Assembly (NCBI GenBank): GCA_045863855.1
Contig: BTVV01000054.1
Span: forward strand, 1-38,585
Origin: Planctomycetota bacterium
Lineage (GTDB): Bacteria; Planctomycetota; SZUA-567; H5-PLA8
Reading direction: 5' to 3'
Length of the DNA: 38,585 nt
Under the pieces are notes generated by a model. That model had not been told where the DNA came from and did no database searches. It saw nothing but the letters and a program-made list of their open reading frames with translations. Shown one piece after another: positions 18,325-26,724 of the stretch (the stretch's first letter is position 1; the number at the start of each line of letters is the position of its first letter). Both the position numbers and the translations under genes were made by a program.

Positions 18325-21300
18325 ATGAAATTTTTCTTTTGCGAAAAGTGCGGCAAGCGCGTCACCGATTCCGATGTCGCCGCCGGACAGGCGCGCGACA
18401 AGAAGCTGCGCGGAGTATTTTGCTCCGATTGCGCCGCCGGCGTGCTGACGCTCGAGACCATGCCGATCACGGAAGATCAGGCGCAGAAGATTCTGCAAGA
18501 CCAACCCAGTGCGGGAAGATCGAAAATAGAAAGTGGCGCGGCGATCGCCTCCGCCCGCGCTTCGCGCGTTCGGGAATCCCAAGAGCCGCCGCGCCCGGTC
18601 TCGCCTTTCGGGCCGGGGTTGTTGGTCCTCAGTCTCGGCGCCGTGGTCTTGGGCATCGGCATCTCCGCCGTGGTGTGGGTGTCGCGAGGCGAAAAAAAGG
18701 CATCTTCGGATCGCACGCAGATGCAAGCGCCGACGCCGGAGCCGTCCGTGGTGGAGCCGCCGACTACTGAGGCTCCGGAAGTGGCGGTTCGTAACAATGC
18801 CGAGCCGCCAGCGGCAACCGACTCGGTAACGGAACCGTCGGCAACCAAGGCGCCTGTTCCTCCCGCTTCCCCAGCGCATTCGGCTGAAGATACCGAGCGC
18901 CGCGCGGCCTACGACCAAGTTCTGGCGCGGCTCAAGGAATTGGCGTCCGATCGAGCGGCGCGACTAGCCGCCGCGCAGCCCTTTCTGGAACGCTACCCGC
19001 AATCGCTGGAAGCATCGCGCTTGAATGTCTGGCTCAAGCAGCGCGACGATGAAGAAGCAGCGCTCGTTCCGCTTGGAAATGTTCCTCAGGAAGCCCCGGC
19101 CGCCGATGCCGCGATTTGGAAGCAGCTTCGGCGCTTCGAGATTTCCCCCGACGGCCAGAAGCTCTATTTCGGAGGTTCCCGCGAAGGCTATGTCTGCTTC
19201 GACGCCAGCGGCCGCTACCTGGCGACCGGCCAGCCCGGAGACAACGGGAAAAATCCGATCGAATTGCTGCCACTGGACCAAGGCGAATGGAAAGGTTGGT
19301 TCGTTGGGGTGATCGGCTACGCGCACGCACAACTCGCGTTGTTCAAACCCAACGGCGCAATCGCGCGCACGCTGGTAAAGGTGACGCGGAACGACAACGG
19401 TTTGCGCGGCGACCCCGATTGGAATTCGTTGGGCAATGGCACTGTAGACGCCACGCGCCAATGGCTCTTTGCGATCGACCGCGCCACCAGCCGCGAGTTT
19501 GCTTTCAGCCGCATCGCGATCTTCGACCTTGCCGGCGCCTATGTGGGCCAAATCGCACGGTGGGCCAAGGACGAGCCGCAGAGCCTGGAGCGCGACAAGC
19601 TGACCTATGCGGACCTGGAAGCCGATCCTGCTCGCCAGGTTCTTTATGCGGTTACGTACGTTCATCCGCATAAGCGTACCCTGCACCGCTTGCGCGCATT
19701 CCGCTACGACGAAGCCAGGCGCGGCGAGCTCATTGCGGAAGTTCAAGCCGATGCGGCCGTGGCCGTATTCCCGGATGGGAGCGTCGCCACGCTCGCCATC
19801 GACCTCAAGCACGTACTGATTTTTCCTCCGGAGTTAGCGGGTGAGCCACGCAAGCTGCGCATTCCCGAAGTATTTTCCGCAGCCAAAGTCTACGATGCGG
19901 GCAAGGTCGATATTGAAGTCGATGCACAGGGACGCTTGTATCTCGGTTCCGACCTGCCGGATGTGCTATTCGTGCGCTGGTCGGCCGATTTTGGAAAAGT
20001 AGAGTACGCATCCGAGGCCGTGCAAGCAACGCCTGTCGCTGGAGGCGGGATCGTAGCCCAGTCCCCTTCCGGATCGCCCGCTGCCGTGTTGGCGGTGCCC
20101 GAACCGCAGGCACCACCGCCTCCGGATCCGTACGCGATCTTTCAGAGTCATTTCATGGCCGCGGTTTTCGGCGGCCTGCGTGACGAAACCGCGCGCCTGC
20201 TCCAATCGGCGGCTCCGGAAGTCGTCAAAGCCGCGGGCGACCGATTGGCGCTCGACCGGCGCACCGCCGGATGGCTGGCTGAACTCGATGCCGCGGTATG
20301 GCCCGGCGCGGCCAAGCTTGCGGAACAGGAACGCTTCGAACTGCGCCTCAATCAAGGAAAGCCGGTCTGGCTCGGCCGCAACGCGGAGTTCAAAATACTG
20401 AAACTCGATCCCGATGCGCTTTGGTTCGGCAGCAAAGGCCTCCAGCTTTCGGTTAAACGCGCAGACTTGCACCCCAGCACCCAATGGCGGTTGGCGGAAC
20501 TGGGCCTGCCCGCCGATGGCGCGGGGCAGGTGCGACGCATCTTTGCGCGCATGCTGGCCGAACATGCCGACGAGCGCATGCTCTCGGCGGAGGAGTTGGA
20601 AGTTGCTGCGACTCGTGCCGAGAAGGCCGGTGCATCGGCGGAAGATCTCGCGGCGTTGAAACATATTTGTACTTTTATGTCGGACTCGAAAAGAGAGCGC
20701 GAAGCCGAAGCCATCATTTCGCGCGTACGTCTGGCCGAAGCTCGAAAGGACTGGTTGTCCGTGCGCGCGGACGCGGAAGCCCTGAAAACGGCGTACCGCG
20801 AAACGAAGGCCTTTGCCGCAATAGAAGAGTGGCTGGACATGACGCTGGATCGCGGTGCGTCGGCGCCCGCCCTCGCTTCCGGAATTTCCAGAAATCTGGC
20901 CTTATGGGTTAATTTCGACGGCATGAAAATGGGAAGCGTGATTCTACGCGATGCTTCGGAAAGCGGACATTCGGTGCGCTTAGGTCACGACGAAGCGAAG
21001 CCGAAACTCGTGATGGAAGGGTTGATCCAAAAGTCGATGCAGTTCGACGGCAAACAGCGCATCGTGGTGAACGACCACCCCGAACTCCGCTTTTCGGAAG
21101 CGCAGTCGTTTACCGTGGCGGCTTGGGCCAAGCCCGATTGGCCGGTGCTGGGCGACTATCAGGCGGTGGTGAATAAGGCCGAGGAAAGCAAGAAGAATTA
21201 CGGCCTCTGGATCGGCCCCGGACCCACGTGGTACTTCGCCGGTGAAAGCCTTGTGGGCGGGGCAGTGACCGGCGAATGGCAGCATGTCGCGTTGGTGCAG

Positions 21301-21510
21301 GATGCGGCGTCGGGTACACGCACGGCATACTTAAATGGCGTCAAGGTCGCGGAAGGCAAGGCGATCGAATGTAGCGGCCATGGCGAATTGAATATTGGAT
21401 GGAGTTCCAAAGGTACGAATTACAAGGGTATGGTTGACGACGTGCGCATTTATAAGAGTGCACTTAGTTCCGAACAAATCGTCCAGATTGTCAAACTGGT
21501 CCAGCCTTGA
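18325..21510 (+). CDS. Large bitopic membrane protein: cytoplasmic zinc ribbon, TM, Pro-rich stalk, NHL/beta-propeller-like region, helical region, C-terminal LamG domain
   Basis: MKFFFCEKCGKRV...FCSDC; TM LLVLSLGAVVLGIGISAVVWV; propeller-like strands (FEISPDGQKLYF, DIEVDAQGRLYL); LamG signature SFTVAAWAKP, WQHVALV, YLNG, YKGMVDDVRIYKSALS. Confidence 0.85.
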   Translation: MKFFFCEKCGKRVTDSDVAAGQARDKKLRGVFCSDCAAGVLTLETMPITEDQAQKILQDQPSAGRSKIESGAAIASARASRVRESQEPPRPVSPFGPGLLVLSLGAVVLGIGISAVVWVSRGEKKASSDRTQMQAPTPEPSVVEPPTTEAPEVAVRNNAEPPAATDSVTEPSATKAPVPPASPAHSAEDTERRAAYDQVLARLKELASDRAARLAAAQPFLERYPQSLEASRLNVWLKQRDDEEAALVPLGNVPQEAPAADAAIWKQLRRFEISPDGQKLYFGGSREGYVCFDASGRYLATGQPGDNGKNPIELLPLDQGEWKGWFVGVIGYAHAQLALFKPNGAIARTLVKVTRNDNGLRGDPDWNSLGNGTVDATRQWLFAIDRATSREFAFSRIAIFDLAGAYVGQIARWAKDEPQSLERDKLTYADLEADPARQVLYAVTYVHPHKRTLHRLRAFRYDEARRGELIAEVQADAAVAVFPDGSVATLAIDLKHVLIFPPELAGEPRKLRIPEVFSAAKVYDAGKVDIEVDAQGRLYLGSDLPDVLFVRWSADFGKVEYASEAVQATPVAGGGIVAQSPSGSPAAVLAVPEPQAPPPPDPYAIFQSHFMAAVFGGLRDETARLLQSAAPEVVKAAGDRLALDRRTAGWLAELDAAVWPGAAKLAEQERFELRLNQGKPVWLGRNAEFKILKLDPDALWFGSKGLQLSVKRADLHPSTQWRLAELGLPADGAGQVRRIFARMLAEHADERMLSAEELEVAATRAEKAGASAEDLAALKHICTFMSDSKREREAEAIISRVRLAEARKDWLSVRADAEALKTAYRETKAFAAIEEWLDMTLDRGASAPALASGISRNLALWVNFDGMKMGSVILRDASESGHSVRLGHDEAKPKLVMEGLIQKSMQFDGKQRIVVNDHPELRFSEAQSFTVAAWAKPDWPVLGDYQAVVNKAEESKKNYGLWIGPGPTWYFAGESLVGGAVTGEWQHVALVQDAASGTRTAYLNGVKVAEGKAIECSGHGELNIGWSSKGTNYKGMVDDVRIYKSALSSEQIVQIVKLVQP

Positions 21511-22623
21511 TCAAGCGGCGGAGACCAACTGCGGAGAGAATTCTTCCAACGTCCCCTTCCAGTCCGGCCATTCTTCGGCTGAAGCCGTGACCACGATGCG
21601 AAAATTCGTCTGCCGCCCAAGTTCGATGAGGCGCTGCACGAAGGACTTGCTTAGCGGTGTGTCGAAATCCCAGACGACGTTCACGGTGGCCCGGGCGCGC
21701 GCATGAGTCTGAATCCGCTCGCGAAGCAGCGCGGGCAGCCGGCGGACGAACAGCTTGGCCCATTCTTCGTCCGTGGCGGCAAAGCCGTGCCGGCCAAACC
21801 AGAGGCTCTCGAAGACGAAGGCCGGATCCAAGCGCTTTGCCGGTTCTGAAATCGCCACTTTATTCAAGGACGGCGATGAGCGGCAGCCCCAGACCTTTAG
21901 TCGCGGCAAAGTATCTCCAGGCAGCGGATCTTCCGGGCCCAAGTAAACGAAGGTCTCGCCTTTGCGAACCGCTCGTTCCAGAAAGACTCTGATCGCGGCC
22001 GCATCCTCGAGATCGATCCCCACTGCGAAGGCTTTGGGCGACACTCGGTCCAGCCAAGGACCGGCCAGCGGAAGCGGCGGGCCGCCGCGAAACGCACAGT
22101 TGAAGGTCACCACGTAATCGAAAAGGAGCGCGCAGACGGTCAGAAGCAGCGCGGCCCGTACCGCGAAAAGGTTCCAGCGGTCCCAGCGATTGGCCTGGAG
22201 CACCTCGGCTTCGCGGTACGCGGCCCCGGTCGCCGATTCGGCCGAACGTTCTTCTCCGGTAGCGCCCGGCATGTCTGGCAGCGGAGGCGCGTTCTCGTCC
22301 TTTTGAGACGGGTCGCGCTTCTGTTTGCCGCGCTGCCGGTAACTGGGCACGTGGTCTTCAGTGGGTGCGGGCGCATCGGGTGTGGCGGCATCCGGCGCCT
22401 GGTTTTCGGCTGCGGCTTCGCGGGAGATTTGCATCTCGCTGATGCGGTTGGAAGCGATACCCGCCAAAAGCCATGCGACCAAAGCCAAGCCGAAGGCCCC
22501 GAGGTACGCCTTTCCGCGCATGGCGCTGCGGCAAAAAAGCCCCAGCGCGGCAAGCGCCGACACGCTCAGCAGCATCGAAGCCAGACCCGTCAGACCAAAA
22601 TAGGCGTACAGATTCGCAAACAC
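21511..22623 (-). CDS. Hypothetical membrane protein (about 3 TM segments, low-complexity loop, soluble C-terminal domain); last gene of the minus-strand operon
   Basis: 370-aa ORF starting 19 nt after the DUF4159 gene. Two N-terminal hydrophobic helices and a third at LFAVRAALLLTVCALLFDYVV. Confidence 0.75.
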   Translation of the reverse strand: MFANLYAYFGLTGLASMLLSVSALAALGLFCRSAMRGKAYLGAFGLALVAWLLAGIASNRISEMQISREAAAENQAPDAATPDAPAPTEDHVPSYRQRGKQKRDPSQKDENAPPLPDMPGATGEERSAESATGAAYREAEVLQANRWDRWNLFAVRAALLLTVCALLFDYVVTFNCAFRGGPPLPLAGPWLDRVSPKAFAVGIDLEDAAAIRVFLERAVRKGETFVYLGPEDPLPGDTLPRLKVWGCRSSPSLNKVAISEPAKRLDPAFVFESLWFGRHGFAATDEEWAKLFVRRLPALLRERIQTHARARATVNVVWDFDTPLSKSFVQRLIELGRQTNFRIVVTASAEEWPDWKGTLEEFSPQLVSAA

Positions 22624-22642
22624 GGCAGCGCGGCCTCCGAGG

Positions 22643-24229
22643 CTACTTGCGGTACTTCCGAGTCTGGGCCAGGTATTGAGTGAAGGCGTAGTGAATGATG
22701 TTCATCCCGTTCTGGTATGCGGCTTCCACCTTAGATGCGTCCATGCCACTGCCGCCGTGTTTCCAAGCGTCGTTGATATCGCCCGGGTGGTAGAAGACGA
22801 TCCAGCGTCCGTTGTGTTTGATGCCCAGCGCTTCGCTACCACCATGGTGCCAGAGCGGCGGAGCGCCCCCCTGCAAAGCGTAGGGCTGCTGGAAGAGCGG
22901 ATCGTCGTCCGAAATGCGCACTAAGCTGTATTCGGGCAGCACTTGGCGCATGAAATTTATGAAGCTGTGATGCCAGTGCGGGAAACCGCAGTCGGCGAAG
23001 AGCATGCCTCCGTCGAGCAGGTAGTCACGCAAGACCTTAACGTCTTCGCGGCTGGTGCGGATTCCGCCCGAGCCGGTCATGTATACGAACGGCGGGGCCA
23101 TCCCTTTCGTGTAATCCTTGAGCAGGCGGATCGGATGGCTCTCGCCGCTGGTGGCTGTCTTGAAGCCCGTGCGGCGGCGGAATTCCGCGAGGAAATTGAT
23201 GTCCGCGCCCTGCCGCGCATCCATCCCGTCGTTCCAGTCCGGACCGTCGTACTCGAGCCGGATGAAGCGGACTTTGGAATTCTCCATCCCGTCGGGCCAG
23301 CCGCCGGTCTTGCCGCCGCCCTGGCCCATCTTGCCCGATGCAGTTGCCTCGCCGGCTTTGTACTGCACCCGCTCCATCGTTTCCTTTTCGATCTGCTCCT
23401 GCATTTGTTCATCGAGTTCGGGCTGGTTGAAGGCGATCGCGCTGTTTTTGTTCAGGATCATCTTTTTCTTCTTCTTCGGTTTCGGCTTCACGATCTTCAT
23501 CAACGCCACCACGGGCTGACCGCTGCCTTTCGGCACGCGATAGTCCTCCACACCCCCTGACCATAAGCCCAACAACCACGGCAGAATGACGATAAAGAAA
23601 AAGTGCAGCGCCACGCTCCAGATCGCGCTCTTGCGGTACTCCTTCTGGCGCCCGTGGGTGCGGATGTTCTCGAGCACCCGGTCCCCCGCGGCCGGCTGGT
23701 CCTGTTCCTCTCCCGTGTAGGCGGCGACGACGGAAGCACGCCACGACTGCAGGTGAAAAAAGGCGGCGACGAGCGCCAATACGGCGGCGGGCCAGCACCA
23801 TTCGATGCGCCAGTAGAACACGTCCATCGCCTCGGCCGCGATGCCGCCGAATTCGACTTCGTGCGCTTGCAGCAACGCGGTGCCTTGAAAAACGGTCGCG
23901 CCGTAAAAGCCCACCGCCAGGTAGACGACCAGGAAGCCCTTGCGCAAGACGCTCAATGCCCACCGCTTGCGCACGAACGCCAAGCCCGCAGCGGCGGCGC
24001 ACCAGATTCCCACCAGCACAGCAGCCAGCGCCGCCGTGTAGGAGAGCGCGTCGATGCCTCCTTCGCTTAGCACCTTCGCCGCCGCCGGTTCGGCGTTCAA
24101 CACATCCAGGTACCGCTGCGGGCCCCAACGCGCCGCGGCCAGCGACGTCAGCGCCAGCATCCCCAGCGCCGGCGCGAAGAGCAGGCCGGGGCGGCGGGCA
24201 GGCGACGTGTCGATGAACGCGTCGGACAT
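22643..24229 (-). CDS. Polytopic membrane protein with TonB-like SxxxH helix, Lys/Pro stalk and C-terminal DUF4159 domain
   Basis: Four N-terminal TM segments, then WSVALHFFFIVILP and KPKPKKKKK. DUF4159-type motifs FIRLEY, PFVYMTG, LRDYLLDGGMLFADC, LGIKHNGRWIVFY, DINDAW, AYQNGMNIIHYA. Confidence 0.85.
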   Translation of the reverse strand: MSDAFIDTSPARRPGLLFAPALGMLALTSLAAARWGPQRYLDVLNAEPAAAKVLSEGGIDALSYTAALAAVLVGIWCAAAAGLAFVRKRWALSVLRKGFLVVYLAVGFYGATVFQGTALLQAHEVEFGGIAAEAMDVFYWRIEWCWPAAVLALVAAFFHLQSWRASVVAAYTGEEQDQPAAGDRVLENIRTHGRQKEYRKSAIWSVALHFFFIVILPWLLGLWSGGVEDYRVPKGSGQPVVALMKIVKPKPKKKKKMILNKNSAIAFNQPELDEQMQEQIEKETMERVQYKAGEATASGKMGQGGGKTGGWPDGMENSKVRFIRLEYDGPDWNDGMDARQGADINFLAEFRRRTGFKTATSGESHPIRLLKDYTKGMAPPFVYMTGSGGIRTSREDVKVLRDYLLDGGMLFADCGFPHWHHSFINFMRQVLPEYSLVRISDDDPLFQQPYALQGGAPPLWHHGGSEALGIKHNGRWIVFYHPGDINDAWKHGGSGMDASKVEAAYQNGMNIIHYAFTQYLAQTRKYRK

Positions 24230-24255
24230 GGAGCGGCGATCCTGGGGCGGCCGAT

Positions 24256-24699
24256 TCAGCGCTTCGGGTTCGTGGATTCGAGATCGAGTCCCAGCCCGCC
24301 ATCGGGTTCGCTGGGAATCTCGCTCTTCTTTGCGGCTTCGGTGATGCGTTGGACAACCGGCGCATCCTTGTGGGCTTCAAGCTGCGCATCCGTGGTGGTC
24401 CCGGTCTTGGCCGCCGGCGGCGCCGCTTCGGTCTTCGCCGCGGGCGCAACCGGGGCGGGTGTCGTGGCTTCGGCCTTGGCCTTGGCTTGCGCATCCGCCT
24501 CGGCTTTAGCCTGCGCGGCGGCCTCTGGGTCGATCAGGCCGTGCAGGTAACGGAGCGAAGTCGCTCCGATGATTGCGAGGTGCAGCGCCACGGCGAGCAT
24601 GATGCACGGACCGAATCGGCTCTGCGAGAATCCGGTCATTAGACTTTCCGGCGTCGTGGACGATTCCTCGCGCTCGAGGGATTTCGCTTTTTTGGCCAT
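24256..24699 (-). CDS. Short TonB/TolA-like single-TM protein with Ala/Pro-rich periplasmic tail (147 aa)
   Basis: AAGGAG RBS before ATG 24699. TM IMLAVALHLAIIG, followed by AAAQAKAEADAQAKAKAE and a Pro/Ala/Thr linker. Lies directly after the exbD pair. Confidence 0.75.
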   Translation of the reverse strand: MAKKAKSLEREESSTTPESLMTGFSQSRFGPCIMLAVALHLAIIGATSLRYLHGLIDPEAAAQAKAEADAQAKAKAEATTPAPVAPAAKTEAAPPAAKTGTTTDAQLEAHKDAPVVQRITEAAKKSEIPSEPDGGLGLDLESTNPKR

Positions 24700-24731
24700 G
24701 GCTTGTACTCCTTGCGTTCGAACTCGGTCGC

Positions 24732-25145
24732 CTACTTCGGCTTTTCGGGTTGTCCTTGTGCCGCGATAGTCGCGCCCGCTTCGCCCAATTCCCGCAGCAC
24801 CGGTTCGAAAATGCGTTTCGGGACGCCTTCGTCGCAACTGAACAGCACCGTGCGGTCTTCCTGTGTTTGCTTGCCTTCGATCAGAGCAGCGACGCCTTGG
24901 CCCACGGCCTTCGCGTTGGGCATCATGCGGCCCTGCAGCCAGAGTCGCTGATCGGAATCGATAGAGACGATCACCGCGCGGTTTTGCAACTCAGCGAGGT
25001 CCGGGGCGTGCGGGGGTTTTAGCTTCGCCGTGTCTTTGGCAAATGTGCTGCAAATCATGAAGAAAATAATCAACAGGAATGCGATGTCGCCCATGCTGGC
25101 GACAGGCACTTGAATCTCTTCTTTCTTCTTGTGCCGGCGTTTCAT
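24732..25145 (-). CDS. exbD: ExbD/TolR family biopolymer transport protein (copy 2)
   Basis: VPVASMGDIAFLLIIFFMI contains the conserved TM Asp. Start overlaps the upstream stop (TGATG). Confidence 0.9.
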   Translation of the reverse strand: MKRRHKKKEEIQVPVASMGDIAFLLIIFFMICSTFAKDTAKLKPPHAPDLAELQNRAVIVSIDSDQRLWLQGRMMPNAKAVGQGVAALIEGKQTQEDRTVLFSCDEGVPKRIFEPVLRELGEAGATIAAQGQPEKPK

Positions 25146-25567
25146 CAGCCGCCGTCCTCGTCTTGTTCCTCGGAGACGATCGCAATGACGCCGCCCGCGT
25201 TGCTGATGGCGCTCATTACTTCGAAGTAGCGCTGATAAGGAACGTTTCCGGTCGTCTCCAGCATCACGATCTTCGCGTCGCCTTCTTTTTCTTGAAGCTT
25301 CAGTTCGGTGAGCGCCTTGCGAAGCTCGTCCATCTCTTGCGGCTTTTCGTTGAAGACAATCCTCTGGTCGTGCAGTTGCACGGTCGCGGTCTTGGAGGTC
25401 TGCTGTCCGCCTTCCTGGCCGGCCGGCATGTCGGTCATGAATCCCGCGCGCTTGGTCAGCGTCGTGACCAGGATAAAGAAGATGATCAGCAGAAATGCGA
25501 TGTCCGAGAACGAAGAAACCGGAACCTCGGGCTCATCCTGCTGCTTGGATTTACGCCGCATGCGCAT
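25145..25567 (-). CDS. exbD: ExbD/TolR family biopolymer transport protein (copy 1)
   Basis: EVPVSSFSDIAFLLIIFFILVTT; C-terminal VPYQRYFEVMSAISNAG. Confidence 0.9.
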   Translation of the reverse strand: MRMRRKSKQQDEPEVPVSSFSDIAFLLIIFFILVTTLTKRAGFMTDMPAGQEGGQQTSKTATVQLHDQRIVFNEKPQEMDELRKALTELKLQEKEGDAKIVMLETTGNVPYQRYFEVMSAISNAGGVIAIVSEEQDEDGG

Positions 25568-26219
25568 GGGTGGGCTCCCCGACCGGCGCGGTCTTCAGGT
25601 AGTCGAGTAACTCGGAGGCGGCTTCGTCCACTTCTAATTCGATTTTGTCGGCGGTGCTGCGGAAGATGTTGTACGGAATGACCGCGGCAATGGCGATGAT
25701 CAGGCCCGCGGCGGTGGTGATCAGCGCTTCCGAGATGCCCGCCGCCACCAAGCCGCTGTCGAGACCCGCCGCCCCTGCCAGCGCTTCGAACGATACGATC
25801 ATGCCCGTCACGGTGCCGGTCATGCCCAGCAGGGGAGCGGCGTTTCCGACCGTGGTGAGCACGTAAAAGCGTTTGGTGATGGCGCTCAGTGCGCGTTCGG
25901 TATGGTCTTCCATCGCGTTGCCGACGACCACTTGGATCGATTCCGGTGTGCGCTTGTCCGGGGCCAGCTTGCGAAACGCCTGCAGCCCCGCCAGCAGCAC
26001 CGCGGAAGTCGGCCCCGGGGTGCTCGCGCAAAGCAACTCCGCGCCTTCCAGGTCGCCGGCCGTGAGTTTCTGCCGCACTTGGCTGCGTAGCGCGGGATAA
26101 TCGATCTTCCCGTGCTGGTAGAACGCCCAAGCGCGGTCGAGCACGACCGCCCAGCCGATGATGCTCAGGACCATCAGCGGCCACATCATGACGCCGCCAT
26201 CGACGATGCTTTCGAGCAC
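25551..26219 (-). CDS. exbB: MotA/TolQ/ExbB proton channel family protein
   Basis: Motifs GGVMMWPL, TVGNAAPLLGMTGTVTGMIVSF, AAGISEALITTAAGLIIAI, PYN. GAGGAG RBS before the GTG start. Confidence 0.95.
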   Translation of the reverse strand: MLESIVDGGVMMWPLMVLSIIGWAVVLDRAWAFYQHGKIDYPALRSQVRQKLTAGDLEGAELLCASTPGPTSAVLLAGLQAFRKLAPDKRTPESIQVVVGNAMEDHTERALSAITKRFYVLTTVGNAAPLLGMTGTVTGMIVSFEALAGAAGLDSGLVAAGISEALITTAAGLIIAIAAVIPYNIFRSTADKIELEVDEAASELLDYLKTAPVGEPTHAHAA

Positions 26220-26250
26220 GGCTTGCTCCTCGCAAAAAAGGGTCGCGGCC

Positions 26251-26724
26251 TTAAGCGCTGCGCGCGGCTGCGCGTGGCGCCGAATGACGCATCCACTCCA
26301 GTACAGCCAGCGCTTCGGCCGGAAGCGCCCGCACCTGCCGCACGCGCGCGCCCTCGGCCGGCGCCAAAATCAGCTCGCCGGTCACATGATTGTACGCACT
26401 CGATTGTATCGCGTTGAAGGCCAACCGCTCCGTATAGGGCCGCGGTCCGGCCGCGAACAGCAACAGATCCACCCGCCGCGCGCAGACCCAGATGCGCCCG
26501 TCGCGCAACCATGAACCCACGTCCACGCGGGTCGTGCTGAGAAACGCACGGTACACCGGCGTCTCGCCTTGCGCCGCAAGCAGCGCGCGCTCCGCGGCCG
26601 TGAGGGCTCGCAATGGACCCTCGCCGGGCACGAGCGGAGCCGCGCGGCGGCGGCCGGCCGCTCCGGCCAGCTTGGCTCGAATCAGCGGCGCGCGAGTTCC
26701 GGGTGCTTCGTCGCCGGACTTCAT
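26251..26724 (-). CDS. Hypothetical 157-aa soluble protein
   Basis: ATG overlaps the giant gene's stop (ATGA, 26721-26724) and the gene fills the gap to exbB. Globular-looking sequence TRVDVGSWL...LLLFAAGPRPY...SAYNHVTGELILAP. Confidence 0.75.
   Translation of the reverse strand: MKSGDEAPGTRAPLIRAKLAGAAGRRRAAPLVPGEGPLRALTAAERALLAAQGETPVYRAFLSTTRVDVGSWLRDGRIWVCARRVDLLLFAAGPRPYTERLAFNAIQSSAYNHVTGELILAPAEGARVRQVRALPAEALAVLEWMRHSAPRAAARSA

Noticed and set aside
24256..26219. Canonical Tol-Pal or flagellar MotAB locus
   Set aside because: No TolB or Pal, no OmpA-like peptidoglycan-binding domain on the ExbD-like proteins, and no flagellar genes in the window.
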